Source of the DNA: Candidatus Alcyoniella australis
Lineage (GTDB): Bacteria; Lernaellota; Lernaellaia; JAVCCG01; Alcyoniellaceae
Direction: 5' to 3'
Assembly (NCBI GenBank): GCA_030765605.1
Contig: JAVCCG010000095.1
Location: forward strand, 7,489-71,488
Length of the DNA stretch: 64,000 nucleotides
In this document: piece by piece, positions 1 through 10,290 of the stretch
How the letters are laid out: every line of letters begins with the position of its first letter
Position numbering within the stretch: position 1 is the stretch's first letter
Notes under the pieces: generated by a model
Seen by the model: the letters and a program-made list of their open reading frames with translations, nothing else
What the model was told of the DNA's origin: nothing
Databases searched by the model: none
Translations under genes and position numbers: made by a program

Positions 1-709
1 GGATACGGTCTTTATCTCCAACCGCAAGCAGGTGATCGCGCCCAAGAGCCTCAACCAGAAGCTCTACATCAACGCCCTACGCGAGTACGACCTGGTGATC
101 TCCATCGGCCCGGCGGGCACGGGCAAGACCTATCTGGCGATGGCCCAGGCCGTGGCCGCGCTCAATAGGGGCGAGGTCGACCGGATCATCCTCACCCGTC
201 CGGCGGTGGAGGCCGGCGAGCGGCTGGGGTTTTTACCCGGGACGATGCTCGATAAAATAAACCCCTACCTGCGCCCGCTGTACGATGCGCTGCACGAGAT
301 GATGAGCATCGAGAAGGTCCAACGGATGATCGATCGCGGAACGATCGAGGTCGCGCCGCTGGCGTTTATGCGCGGACGCACGCTTAACGACAGCTTCGTG
401 ATCCTCGACGAGGGGCAGAACACCACCAGCGAGCAGATGAAGATGTTCCTCACGCGCCTGGGCTTCGGCTCCAAGGCCGTGGTTACCGGCGATATCACGC
501 AGATCGACCTGCCCAACGGCACGACCTCGGGCCTGGTCCAGATCCAACATGTGCTGGCCGAAGTTTCCGGGTTGAAGTTCGTCTATCTCAACGAGACCGA
601 CGTGGTGCGTCATCGCCTGGTAATGGACATTGTCAAGGCCTATGATGCCTACTTGCGCCGCCTGTCGGTGCAACAGAGCCCCGATCAGCAGGAAGAGGAG
701 TCGGGCTGA
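1..709 (+). CDS. phoH: PhoH-family ATPase (5' end outside the window)
   Basis: Walker [51 protein letters not shown]. The frame is open back to position 2 ([15 protein letters not shown]), so the gene is 5'-partial. Confidence 0.95.
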   Translation, partial: DTVFISNRKQVIAPKSLNQKLYINALREYDLVISIGPAGTGKTYLAMAQAVAALNRGEVDRIILTRPAVEAGERLGFLPGTMLDKINPYLRPLYDALHEMMSIEKVQRMIDRGTIEVAPLAFMRGRTLNDSFVILDEGQNTTSEQMKMFLTRLGFGSKAVVTGDITQIDLPNGTTSGLVQIQHVLAEVSGLKFVYLNETDVVRHRLVMDIVKAYDAYLRRLSVQQSPDQQEEESG

Positions 710-3174
710 TGCCGCCGCGCAGGATCAGACCTTTCAGAGCCGACGTCAAATCGCGCCGCCAGTCACGCAAGGCCGAGAAGGGCCTGCGGCGGCTGTGGGC
801 CAAGTTGCGCGACGTTACCCCCGGCGACAACTCGCTGAGCGCCTCGACTTGGCTGGTCGGCCTCGGGCTGTCGATCTACATCGCCTTGTTTCTGGCTCCC
901 TCCACCTCGGTTACCGTGGACCTCTACGAGATCGGCCAGTACACAACGCGGGCGATCAAGGCGCCGATGCCCTTCAGCGTCGAGGATGACAAGGCCACCT
1001 CGGCCAAGCGCGAACAGGCGCGCTACGCGGTGCTGCCGGTCTACGACTTCGATCGCAATCTGGTGCAGCAGACCCGCACCAAGGTCGACCGCGCCTTTGT
1101 CCAGATGCGTGAATTTTTCGCGCAGTACGCCCCGACGCCGGTCGTGCCGCAACCCGGGGCCACGCCGGGGGCGACTCCGACCCCCGTGCCCCAGCCGCGC
1201 AAGATCCCGCCCGAGCTGCTGGCCGAGCACTACCAGCAGTTCAACCGCCAGTTGGGGGCCGTGCTTGACGACGATCAGCTCGAGATCCTGCGCAAGGCCG
1301 GGTTTTCCGCCGAGCTGCAGCAGGCGATCGACAAGCTGATCTCCGAATCGTACCTGGGCTACATCGTCTCGGACCGCAACTTCTTCGATCAGACGCTGCT
1401 CGACGTCAGCCGACAGGCCTTCAGTCGGCGCGAGGTCGAGTCGGGCAAGGAAAAGGAGATCTCCGACTTCAGCTCGGTGCTGGCGGTCGAGGAGGTCAAG
1501 GAGGGCGTCCAGGGGCGGGTCAAGCAAGAGATACCCGACGCCTCACGCAGGCTGCGCGAGACGATCGGCGCGTTGGTCGTTGCGCTGATCGAGCCCAACC
1601 TGACCTTTGCCAAGGCTGAAACCCAAACCCGCAAGAGCGAGGCTGCGCGCAAGATCGCCCCGGTGGTCGCCAAGTACGAGAAGAATCAGCTGATCATCGG
1701 CGAGGGCGAGCTGGTGACCGAGGAGACGCTGCTGGTGCTCGAGGCGCTGGAGGCCTCCGGCCCGCAGTCGAGCTTCGGGCTGGTGTTCGTCGGCATCGCC
1801 TCGGTTTTCTTCATCCTGTTTACCGTGTTGTTCGGCTTCGTCAAGAACAACGTGCGCAAGTTCCGTCATGGCAACCGCGACATACTGTTCCTCGCCGCGC
1901 TGACCATGGGACTGACGCTGATCCTCTGGATCGGCATCGCCATTGCCGAGTCGATCACCGAGACCGGCGGCACGATGCCGATGGCCTTTTTCCTGATGGC
2001 GATTCCCGTGGCAATGGCGCCGATGCTGGTGCGGCTGATTCTCAACTCCGAGACCGCGCTGGCCTATATGCCGGTGGCCGCGATGCTCGCCGGGATGATG
2101 GCCGACAACTCGTTGTACTTCGGGATGTACGTCCTGGTCTGCTCGTTCGCCGGCGCCTGGGCCGTGGGCAAGGTCAGCCAGCGGCTCGACGCGCTCAAGG
2201 CCGGGCTGCTGGTGAGCATCACCGGCATGCTGCTGGTGCTCTCGACCTCGTTCCTCTCGACGGTGCAGGGCATGCAGTTCTGGAAGCAGCTGGGATTCGA
2301 GTCCGCGGGTGCGGTGCTCGGCGGCGTCCTGTGCGCGCTGACCGTGCTGGCGCTCTCGCCGGTAATCGAGTGGATCTTCGGCTACACCACCGACATCAAA
2401 TTGATGGAGCTGGCCAACCTCAACCACCCGCTGCTCAAGGAGATGATCCTCAAGGCGCCGGGCACCTACAACCACTCGATTTTGGTCAGCACCCTGGCCG
2501 AGACCGCGGCCGAGAGCATCAACGCCAACCCGCTGCTGGCCAAGGTCGCGGCGCTGTATCACGACATCGGCAAAATCAGCAAACCGCACTACTTCATCGA
2601 GAATCAGCGCGGCGGAGAGAACCCGCACGACAAGCTTTATCCGATGATGAGCGGGCTGATTTTGGTCAACCACGTGCGCGAGGGCGTGGAGCTGGCGCGC
2701 GATTTCAACCTCGGCGACGCGGTGGCGCAGATCGTCGAGCAGCACCACGGCAAGGGGCTGATCCGCTTCTTCTACGAGCGCGCCCGGGAGCGGACCGACC
2801 CGCAAATGGAGCAGCTGCACGAGGAGGACTTCCGCTACCCGGGTCCCAAGCCGCGCTCGCGCGAGGCCGCGCTGGTGATGCTCGCCGACCAGGTCGAGGC
2901 GGTCAGTCGAGTGCTCAAGGCGCCGGCCCCGTCGCGCATTCGCAACCTGGTCAGCGAACACATCAACCGCGTGTCCGCCGAGGGGCAGCTGGACGAGTCC
3001 GACCTGACGCTGCGCGATCTGCACAAGATCGCCGAGTCGTTTTCGCACGTGCTGATCGGCATCTTCCATCAGCGCATCGAGTACCCCGACGACGAACGCG
3101 AGGAGAACGCACCTGAGCGCGAAAGCCAATCGGATACTGATCCGCGGCCCCCGAACAAAAGCCACCAGAGCTGA
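709..3174 (+). CDS. 7TM-HD (HDIG) membrane phosphohydrolase, PgpH/YqfF-like
   Basis: N-terminal TM, large extracytoplasmic domain, multi-TM block, then APGTYNHS / YHDIGK / QHHG / YPGPKP / MLADQVEA HD motifs; conserved position between phoH and ybeY; TGATG overlap with phoH. Confidence 0.9.
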   Translation: MPPRRIRPFRADVKSRRQSRKAEKGLRRLWAKLRDVTPGDNSLSASTWLVGLGLSIYIALFLAPSTSVTVDLYEIGQYTTRAIKAPMPFSVEDDKATSAKREQARYAVLPVYDFDRNLVQQTRTKVDRAFVQMREFFAQYAPTPVVPQPGATPGATPTPVPQPRKIPPELLAEHYQQFNRQLGAVLDDDQLEILRKAGFSAELQQAIDKLISESYLGYIVSDRNFFDQTLLDVSRQAFSRREVESGKEKEISDFSSVLAVEEVKEGVQGRVKQEIPDASRRLRETIGALVVALIEPNLTFAKAETQTRKSEAARKIAPVVAKYEKNQLIIGEGELVTEETLLVLEALEASGPQSSFGLVFVGIASVFFILFTVLFGFVKNNVRKFRHGNRDILFLAALTMGLTLILWIGIAIAESITETGGTMPMAFFLMAIPVAMAPMLVRLILNSETALAYMPVAAMLAGMMADNSLYFGMYVLVCSFAGAWAVGKVSQRLDALKAGLLVSITGMLLVLSTSFLSTVQGMQFWKQLGFESAGAVLGGVLCALTVLALSPVIEWIFGYTTDIKLMELANLNHPLLKEMILKAPGTYNHSILVSTLAETAAESINANPLLAKVAALYHDIGKISKPHYFIENQRGGENPHDKLYPMMSGLILVNHVREGVELARDFNLGDAVAQIVEQHHGKGLIRFFYERARERTDPQMEQLHEEDFRYPGPKPRSREAALVMLADQVEAVSRVLKAPAPSRIRNLVSEHINRVSAEGQLDESDLTLRDLHKIAESFSHVLIGIFHQRIEYPDDEREENAPERESQSDTDPRPPNKSHQS

Positions 3175-3574
3175 GATACGCGAATTCTGCGACGCGTGCC
3201 TGGTGGCGCAGGAGGTGCGCGGGACCGAGCTGAGCGTACTGTTGTGCGACGACCGCGAGATCCACAGACTCAACTTTGAATATCGCGGGGTGGACAAAGC
3301 CACCGACGTGTTGTCCTTCAGCATGCTCGAGGGCGAGGATGCGCTTGAGGGCGAGCTGCTGGGCGACGTGGTGATCAGCCTCGAACGTTGCGCGGCCCAG
3401 GCCCGCAGCTTGGGCGTGGGATATCGCGAGGAGCTGGCGCGGCTGCTGGCCCACGGAATCTGCCATCTGCTGGGGATGGATCACGTCCACGGCGGCTTGC
3501 AGGCGCGCAAGATGCGCCGCGTCGAGGAGCACCTGGCGCAGCTGAGCGCGGCGCTGCTGGATCGGGAGGAATAG
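3113..3574 (+). CDS. ybeY: rRNA maturation endoribonuclease YbeY
   Basis: LNFEYRGVDKATDVLSF, LGDVVIS, HGICHLLGMDH metal motif. Start uncertain: ORF-track GTG 3203, or in-frame CTG 3113 behind AGGAG. Confidence 0.9.
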   Translation: MSAKANRILIRGPRTKATRAEIREFCDACLVAQEVRGTELSVLLCDDREIHRLNFEYRGVDKATDVLSFSMLEGEDALEGELLGDVVISLERCAAQARSLGVGYREELARLLAHGICHLLGMDHVHGGLQARKMRRVEEHLAQLSAALLDREE

Positions 3575-4417
3575 TTGGCCGACGAAGACGACAGTTTCAT
3601 CGTACGCTTCAGGCGGCTGATCAAGGGGCGCATGCCCGACCAGGGCGACGCGCAGCAACAAATCGAGCGCTTGCTCGAACAGGTCGAGGAACAGGGCCTG
3701 ATCAGCCCCAGCGAGAACGACCTGCTCAGCTCGGTGCTCGACTTCAGCGATACGCGGGTGGCCGAGATCATGGTGCCGCGGCCGGAGATCACCGGCGTGA
3801 GCCTCGACGAGCCGCTGAGCAACGCGATCCGCAGCTTGATCGAGTCCGGGCACACGCGGCTGCCCGCCTTTCGCGACGACCTGGACCACATCGAGGGCCT
3901 GCTTTACGCCAAGGACCTGCTGCGCTGCTGGGGACGTAGCGACGACGAGGTCGAGCTCGAACTGCTGCTGCGCGAGCCGTACTTCATCCCCGAGTCCAAG
4001 CGCATTGAGGAACTGCTGCGCGAGTTCCAGAAGCAGCGGCTGCACATCGCGATCGTCATCGACGAGTACGGCGGCACCGCCGGCCTGGTGACCCTCGAGG
4101 ACATCATCGAGGAGGTCTTCGGCGAGATCGAGGACGAGTACGACGATTCGGAGAACGAGCCGCAACGCACTGCCGACGGCTGGGTCGTGGTCAACCCGCG
4201 CTTCGAGCTGGGCGAGCTGGACCAACTGTTCCCCGACGTCGAGCATCCCCAAGGCGACTTCACCACCCTGGGCGGTTGGATCCTCGAGGTCACCGGACGC
4301 ATTCCGGACAAGGGCGAGAGCGTGCGCCTCGGCCCGTTGAGGGCTGTGGTCTTGGAGTCGGACGAAAAACGTATTATAAAGATCAAGATTAAACCCGATC
4401 TTTCCGGCGATAAGTAG
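3575..4417 (+). CDS. corC: CorC/HlyC CBS-domain protein (Mg/Co transport-associated)
   Basis: VAEIMVPR, GHTRLP, IDEYGGTAGLVTLEDIIEEVFGEIEDEYD, C-terminal TTLGGW CorC domain; follows ybeY. Confidence 0.9.
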   Translation: MADEDDSFIVRFRRLIKGRMPDQGDAQQQIERLLEQVEEQGLISPSENDLLSSVLDFSDTRVAEIMVPRPEITGVSLDEPLSNAIRSLIESGHTRLPAFRDDLDHIEGLLYAKDLLRCWGRSDDEVELELLLREPYFIPESKRIEELLREFQKQRLHIAIVIDEYGGTAGLVTLEDIIEEVFGEIEDEYDDSENEPQRTADGWVVVNPRFELGELDQLFPDVEHPQGDFTTLGGWILEVTGRIPDKGESVRLGPLRAVVLESDEKRIIKIKIKPDLSGDK

Positions 4418-4425
4418 GAGGAACG

Positions 4426-5649
4426 ATGAAACGGTCGACCGCGCTGATGGCGCTGACATTGGCAATTTTGCTCACTCTGTTCGTGGCGGCCTGCGAGATT
4501 GAAGACGACGAAGACGCCCAGCCCCCCGATGATCAAGGGGGCGACGACGTCGAAGACCCGCGCGGCGAGTACTTCGATCCCTCCCAGACCGGTCCCTATC
4601 CGATCGGCCACCGCACGCTGTACTTCGAGAATCCCGACGACACCGACATGCTGGGCAACCCGCGGCAGCTCTGCGTCGAGTTCTGGTACCCCACGGACGA
4701 GGCCTATCGCGACGCCGAGCAGGATCGGCTGGGCGAGTTCTTCGGCGAATGGGAAGAGATGGTGCGCTCGATCCTCAGCCTGCTGGTATCACCCGAGGAG
4801 CTGGACAACTTCGATCTGCCCACCGGCGCGGTGCGCGACGCGCCGCCGCGCGCCGAGCTCGACGAGCTGCCGATCATCATCTTCAGCCACGGCAACTCCG
4901 GCGTACGCTCGCAGAACTACACGATGTGCAACCACCTGGCGAGCCACGGCTACCTGGTGATCGCGCCGGATCACACGGGCAACGCGCTGTTCGCGCCGTT
5001 CCCCGGCTCGTACGTGATCTACAACATCTTGGGAATGCCCGCGTCGATCTGTCAGCGCCAGCGCGACTTCTCGTTCCTGCTCGACCAGTGCTACAAGATG
5101 AACGAGGAACCCGGCGGATTGTTCGAGGGACGGCTCGATCCCGAGCGCGTGGGCCTGGTCGGCCACAGCTTTGGCGGGCTGACCGCGGTCGAGGCGGCTA
5201 AAAAGGACACGCGCTTTCGTGCGGCGGTCGATCTGTGCTGCTACTTGATTCCCAGCTACCCGCAGAACTACCAGACAGCAACCATGTTCTGGCTCTCGCG
5301 TGAGGACAACACGATGTTCGACACCGACGAGCTGATCATGCTCGGCTACGAGACCGCGCCCGCGCCCAAGGTGATGCTCGAGGTGCTGCGCGGCGGTCAC
5401 TACTCGCCCACAGACGCCTGCTCGTTCATCCCCAGCCTGATGGGCGAGGGCGACGGCTGCGGCATGGGCGAATACGACGAGACCGGCGATCCGTTCGAGT
5501 TCCTGCCGCCGGATCAGGCCAAGTTCCTGCTCAACACCTACCTCGCGTCGTTTTTCGGGGTCTACGTCAAGTACGACCTGCGCTACGTGGACGACCTGAT
5601 CAACGAGTGGATGCCCGAGGAGGCGCGGCTCAAGTTCGACCTGGGGTAG
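4426..5649 (+). CDS. Alpha/beta-hydrolase lipoprotein (PAF-acetylhydrolase/dienelactone-hydrolase-like)
   Basis: SD AGGAGG; lipobox VAAC; FSHGNSG, LASHGYLVIAPDH, nucleophile elbow GHSFGG, GGHY catalytic His. Confidence 0.8.
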   Translation: MKRSTALMALTLAILLTLFVAACEIEDDEDAQPPDDQGGDDVEDPRGEYFDPSQTGPYPIGHRTLYFENPDDTDMLGNPRQLCVEFWYPTDEAYRDAEQDRLGEFFGEWEEMVRSILSLLVSPEELDNFDLPTGAVRDAPPRAELDELPIIIFSHGNSGVRSQNYTMCNHLASHGYLVIAPDHTGNALFAPFPGSYVIYNILGMPASICQRQRDFSFLLDQCYKMNEEPGGLFEGRLDPERVGLVGHSFGGLTAVEAAKKDTRFRAAVDLCCYLIPSYPQNYQTATMFWLSREDNTMFDTDELIMLGYETAPAPKVMLEVLRGGHYSPTDACSFIPSLMGEGDGCGMGEYDETGDPFEFLPPDQAKFLLNTYLASFFGVYVKYDLRYVDDLINEWMPEEARLKFDLG

Positions 5650-5839
5650 GCCCGCAAAGCTCGGCGCGCCGGATCAATGCTGTGAAAGCGCTTCGACGCG
5701 CCGTGCTTGCCTTTTACATCAAAGATTGGTCCGCGCAGTGGCCGGGCGCTGATGGCCCGGGTTATCTTGATGGATGGAATCGTGCTGTGCGCTAGGCTGC
5801 GTTGCTGTGGGCCGGGGGCTTACGGACGATTGCGGGAGA

Positions 5840-6412
5840 TCAGTCCCAGTCGGCGCTGGAGATCCAGGCCGGCATCTTGCAAATCTTGCCGTTGTTGGTG
5901 TGGCCGTTGCGGGACTTGCGCGACATGTTGCAATACGGCCAGCTCGATGGGTTTTTAACCAGGCCGTGCTTGACCGGATTCCAGAAGACGTACTCGATGT
6001 GCTTGGCCAGGTCCGCGTCGTCGCAGATCAGGTGGTTGCAGTAGCGCCGCCGCCAGATCGTCGACTGTCGCACCCTGCTTGAGTCCGGGCTGTCTTTGCC
6101 CAGGTCGAGGTTGCGGCCGTAGGTTTTGGCGAACGCGGTCTGGATCGCCTGCACTCGCAGGTTGAGCACGTCGTCGTCTTGGGGCAGGGTCAAGATCAGG
6201 TGCAGGTGGTCGGGCATGGTGACCAGAGCCTCGACCTCGAAGGGGTAACGGCTCTGTACCTTGCGGATGCATTCCCTGAGACTCTGCACGGCTTTCTTTT
6301 CTTGAAAGACCGGGTGCTTGTCCTGGATTTTAATCGTGATAAAGTGTGTATCGCCACCCATCTTGGGGCGGCGGCGATTGCGGTTGGTTGAGCTTGAGGT
6401 GTTCGTGGCCAT
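5840..6412 (-). mobile_element. REP-associated tyrosine transposase (RAYT/TnpA-REP, HUH Y1 family)
   Basis: HFITI, VTMPDHLH (HUH), IWRRRY.NHLI.D..D...HIEYVFWNPVKHGLV..P..WPY (catalytic Tyr + NPVK). Start may be ATG 6361. Confidence 0.85.
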
Positions 6413-6559
6413 TATCCGACATTCACTCCATACATATAATAGCGGCCCTTCAATTACGAAGCGCCAGTCCCTGCGGGGACGCGTATTCTAACACATCTGA
6501 TATATATTGTACAACCCGGCGCTGCAAATGGGCATTTCCCATAAAGATCAATTAGATAC

Positions 6560-8179
6560 ATGCCGCAACGCGTCAGGAGGCGGAGCGCGTTGAGTAGTAC
6601 CGTGCGCCGTGCCCTGATCGATCTGCGCGGCAGCTGGGCGATGCTGCTCGGATGCGCGTTGCTCGCTTTGGCGCTGCCTACGCAGTTTGACCACAACCAG
6701 GGTCTGCGGATGCTCGGAGCGCTGAGCATGGCGCGCAACATCTTCTGGTTCGCCCTGACCCTTTTGGCCGTGAACCTGATGTTGCCCGGAAAGCCACGGG
6801 CCAAATTAACCAAATTATCCATTGTGTTACAGATCGCGATCCTGGCCGGGATTCCATTGTGGCTGTGGACCGCAATTCGAAATTTGGTTTTGCAATCCAA
6901 CGGGTTGGTTGCCGACGAGCTGGCCCGGAGATGGATTGTGCTCAACATACTGGGAATGACGGCGATCAGCCTCAATGTGAAGCGTAACGGCCCGCTGGAT
7001 CGTGTGATGCGCGTGCCGTTGCTCGGCGATCTACTGCTGCCGGCGGCCGCTTGGGCCTCGTCGTGGCGCAGGTACTATCCCACCGGCGCTCTGCCGCGGC
7101 AGCACCGCCTGGCGCCGCTGATCCCAGTGGTTCTGTTCGCGGGGATGCTGACCCTGCTGGGCATGAGCCGTGCGCCGTGGCGGCCCGAGGCCTATCAACT
7201 GCGCGAACGCATCCTTTGGGAGCGCGAGTGCTACGGGCTGGCATTGGACTCCGAGCAGCGCATTGCCATGGCCACCAGTCAAGAGGGACGTGTGATGCTC
7301 GTCGACACCTCGGAGGGCACGCTGACCGGCGAGGTCGAGCTGGGGATCGACGTGGACCTCACCGGCGTGAGCTACGATTCATCGCGCGGCCTGCTCTACG
7401 CCGTTGCCGCAGACGGCAGAGCCTTTACCGTTGATCCGCGCCTTGGCGAGGCGCAGTTGCTGGGTACGCTCGAAGATGAGCAGGTCGGCTTTGTTGTCGC
7501 GGGCTGCACCGACCATAGCTCGATGCTGCTCTCCTATGGCAACCAGGGCCGCATCGATCGTCTCGATCTCTTTGGACTGCGCATCGAACGCAGCTCAACA
7601 GCGGCGAAGCCCAATTCGCGCGACTCGCTGTTCGACCTGCTGTGCATTGAATCGCGCGGGTTGCTCTACGCTTTGAGCCTGCAAGGGACGCTCGACGAGC
7701 TCAAGCTGGAGACCCTCGATTTCGAGCGCCGGGTGGGTGTGCCCGGAAACAGTGCGGGCCTGGCCTACGATCCGCAGACAGACCGCCTGCTGGTGGCCGC
7801 GCCCACCCAGGCCCAAGTGCTGCTGATCGATCGCAAGACCCTGGAGCCCGCGGGATCGATCCAGACCCTGGTCGGCTGCCGAGCCCTGGCCGTGGAACCC
7901 GAGCAGCGGCTGTTGTTCGTGGCCGGGTTCGCGCCCTACCTGGAGATTTTCGATCTGGACACACTCGAGCCCCTTGACCGCGTTTTGTGCCCGCCGTGGG
8001 TCAGAAAGATCGTGGTCGATCCGCAATCGCGCCTGGCGTTGATGACCGACAAGCACATCGGGCTGACCTTTTACCGCTACGGCCCGGCGGTCCGGCGCGG
8101 ACGCGGCCCGCTGGGCGCGTTCGACGATCCGTTTTTCCCTTTGGCGCGGGCCGTGGGATTGAGATTACTCAAACAATAA
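6560..8179 (+). CDS. Membrane protein with N-terminal TM helices and C-terminal YncE-like beta-propeller
   Basis: Several hydrophobic segments, then repeated GLA(L/Y)D / LLYA / VLLID blades; start uncertain. Confidence 0.55.
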   Translation: MPQRVRRRSALSSTVRRALIDLRGSWAMLLGCALLALALPTQFDHNQGLRMLGALSMARNIFWFALTLLAVNLMLPGKPRAKLTKLSIVLQIAILAGIPLWLWTAIRNLVLQSNGLVADELARRWIVLNILGMTAISLNVKRNGPLDRVMRVPLLGDLLLPAAAWASSWRRYYPTGALPRQHRLAPLIPVVLFAGMLTLLGMSRAPWRPEAYQLRERILWERECYGLALDSEQRIAMATSQEGRVMLVDTSEGTLTGEVELGIDVDLTGVSYDSSRGLLYAVAADGRAFTVDPRLGEAQLLGTLEDEQVGFVVAGCTDHSSMLLSYGNQGRIDRLDLFGLRIERSSTAAKPNSRDSLFDLLCIESRGLLYALSLQGTLDELKLETLDFERRVGVPGNSAGLAYDPQTDRLLVAAPTQAQVLLIDRKTLEPAGSIQTLVGCRALAVEPEQRLLFVAGFAPYLEIFDLDTLEPLDRVLCPPWVRKIVVDPQSRLALMTDKHIGLTFYRYGPAVRRGRGPLGAFDDPFFPLARAVGLRLLKQ

Positions 8180-8205
8180 AAAACGGCGGCCAGCAGGCCG
8201 CCGTT
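8178..8205 (-). terminator. Intrinsic terminator between convergent genes
   Basis: AACGGCGGCC-AGCA-GGCCGCCGTT (8182-8205) preceded by an A run, giving a U tail on the minus strand. Confidence 0.7.
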
Positions 8206-8231
8206 GTAAAAAGCTCTAATCGTGCTGCCGT

Positions 8232-9314
8232 CTATTTAACCTCTGGCAGCTGCTGGTCGAACGAGCAGTCCGACTCAATCCCTTGCTCCTCGATTGTCTC
8301 CTCGTTGCCGTTGGCGAGCACGACCATTTCCAGCCAGTAGTCGCGCAGAAAGTCGTTGCCCCAGCACTCGGCGAGCACATAGCTGGCAATAGTCGATCCA
8401 CCGACCTCGATGTCGGGCAGGTCGCCGTCAGTGACCAACACATCCGAGCGTCCGCGGCCGTCGCCGTACCAGCGGGTGTTGAACCAGAAGTGCTCGCGCT
8501 GGTCGTACTGTTCGCCGTGGTACTGCTCGTAATGCATGTCGGCCAGCACGTCGAAGGTGAACTCGCCGCTGTCGTCCGCGCGATTGTGATACGAGTACAG
8601 GCCGTCGACCAGATCCTGGTAATCGTCGTCGTCGGGCTTGAATCCCACGTATTCGACGTCGATTGCGCGGCCGTCGTTGATCGTGTCGTAGGTCACGATC
8701 ACTTGCCCCTCCTCGACCATCCACAGTTCGATCGAGCGCGCGGCGTCGAAGTCCACGCTGTAGCTGCCCACGCCGCGTCGCGCGGTCTGGGCGTCCGAGA
8801 CGTCGACGTGCCCGGACCAGACGTTGCCCCACGGGTCCTCGCTGCCGCGGCTACGCCCCTGCAGCACGTACTCGTAATAGCCCTGGGAACCGCGGGTCAT
8901 CACGAAGCGGTATTCGCCGCCGTACAGTCCGCCGGCGTTCCACGGGCCCCAGGTGTAGGCGTCGTCTTGCTCGTCATAGTTCGAGGGCGGGTAGGAGGTG
9001 ATCTCGTCGATCCATGAGAGGAACATCAACGCGTGCTCGTTGACGTCGGTGGTGAAGTTCACGGTGTCCCGGTAGAGCTGCGCCAACTCGCCCAGATCTT
9101 TTGCATCGCTTTCAGGCAGGCTCAACCTTAGGTTCAGCGGATCGGGCAGCGCGTCGAGGAAGTCGTCCAGCCCGCCGCCGTCGTCGTCGTCGTCGAACCA
9201 GTCGTCGTCGTCGTCATCGTCCTCGTCGCTGCCCGAGCAGGCGGCCAGGCCGATTGCCAACGCCAGCACGGTGCACAAGGCGATAAACATCAGTGGCCTT
9301 AGTTTTTCGGTCAT
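8232..9314 (-). CDS. Acidic lipoprotein of unknown function
   Basis: SD GGGAGG; lipobox LAAC followed by a poly-Asp tract; beta-rich, aromatic/acidic body; strong coding bias. Confidence 0.75.
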   Translation of the reverse strand: MTEKLRPLMFIALCTVLALAIGLAACSGSDEDDDDDDDWFDDDDDGGGLDDFLDALPDPLNLRLSLPESDAKDLGELAQLYRDTVNFTTDVNEHALMFLSWIDEITSYPPSNYDEQDDAYTWGPWNAGGLYGGEYRFVMTRGSQGYYEYVLQGRSRGSEDPWGNVWSGHVDVSDAQTARRGVGSYSVDFDAARSIELWMVEEGQVIVTYDTINDGRAIDVEYVGFKPDDDDYQDLVDGLYSYHNRADDSGEFTFDVLADMHYEQYHGEQYDQREHFWFNTRWYGDGRGRSDVLVTDGDLPDIEVGGSTIASYVLAECWGNDFLRDYWLEMVVLANGNEETIEEQGIESDCSFDQQLPEVK

Positions 9315-9368
9315 TGTTTCGATCCTCCCTGTCTGTATGCCGTTTGGACACCACGGCCCAGGGTTGGG

Positions 9369-9587
9369 TTAAGTCCAGCGGTCCGGTTTTTCCCGGCGGC
9401 TCCGCCGGTGCTCCAGGTAGACGTTGAGAAACGTATACAGGTTGAGCACGATCGCCACGCCGACGATGATCCGAAACAGCGGCTGCTGGAAATGAAAAAA
9501 GAAGAAGATCAGCGCGCAGAACATCACGATGTTGAACGCCAGATTCAGCCCCGCTGCTCCGCGTTGTCGCATATCGTTAGTCGGCAT
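9369..9587 (-). CDS. Small two-TM membrane protein
   Basis: 72 aa, two hydrophobic helices, basic C-tail; co-oriented with neighbours. Confidence 0.55.
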   Translation of the reverse strand: MPTNDMRQRGAAGLNLAFNIVMFCALIFFFFHFQQPLFRIIVGVAIVLNLYTFLNVYLEHRRSRREKPDRWT

Positions 9588-9599
9588 CGCGCAATCTCG

Positions 9600-10070
9600 T
9601 CAGTGCATCAGGCCGAACAGCTCGTCGATCTGCCATTGGTTCGCCTGTTTGATCATTCGTACCTGCTTGCCGTTGATCAGCACCAGCGCCTCGCGATCGG
9701 CCGAGGAGACGATGCTCACCTCGGGGCGGCCGTTGCCCGGGCTGGGCCCGGCGGGCAGCACCGCGACCTGAAAGGCGTAGGCCTGTTTGAGCATGCCGCT
9801 CAGGGCCTTGATCTCGTAAACGTACTCTTCGCCCGCGATTTGCAGGTAGTTGTTCTCGAAATAGCTGCGGGCCTGCGGGCTGAAGCAGTTGATCAACTTG
9901 CCGTAGGCCATGCCATCCACGCTGTGTTCGAGGAAATAGGCGTTGCTGATGTAGTAGGCGGCCGTGGACTGCGGCGTGGCCAACTCGGGGTTGTCGTGGT
10001 TGCCGCAGCCGCTACATGCCAGAATCATAATACCGGCGATCAGCGCCGCTCGTGCTATTGCGATCATCAA
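9600..10070 (-). CDS. Hypothetical lipoprotein
   Basis: SD GAGG; signal peptide with lipobox-like ILAC/SGC. Confidence 0.6.
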   Translation of the reverse strand: MMIAIARAALIAGIMILACSGCGNHDNPELATPQSTAAYYISNAYFLEHSVDGMAYGKLINCFSPQARSYFENNYLQIAGEEYVYEIKALSGMLKQAYAFQVAVLPAGPSPGNGRPEVSIVSSADREALVLINGKQVRMIKQANQWQIDELFGLMH

Positions 10071-10110
10071 TACCTCGATGGATAAATCCTAGCACAGATT
10101 TTATGGGGGA

Positions 10111-10290
10111 GATAAAGATCGATAAATCGATCTTTGTGTGTAGGCTCGCCGAGGGCACCTTTGAGGTGCCCGCAAAACTCGCGCAGTACGACCATCATTG
10201 TTCAACGCCAAGCCCCGCGTCGCGGAGAGCATTATTGAGTCATAAAACAGGTGACGCTCGCGAGTATCGTGCCGGCTCCAAGCCGGCAGC
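10111..10290. repeat. ~175 bp REP/BIME-like composite palindromic element, copy 1
   Basis: AAAGATCGA-TAAA-TCGATCTTT hairpin, GTAGG, hairpin GGGCACCT-TTG-AGGTGCCC (10153-10171), linker, hairpin TGCCGGCT-CCA-AGCCGGCA (10270-10288); aligns by eye along its length with 55253-55427. Confidence 0.8.
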
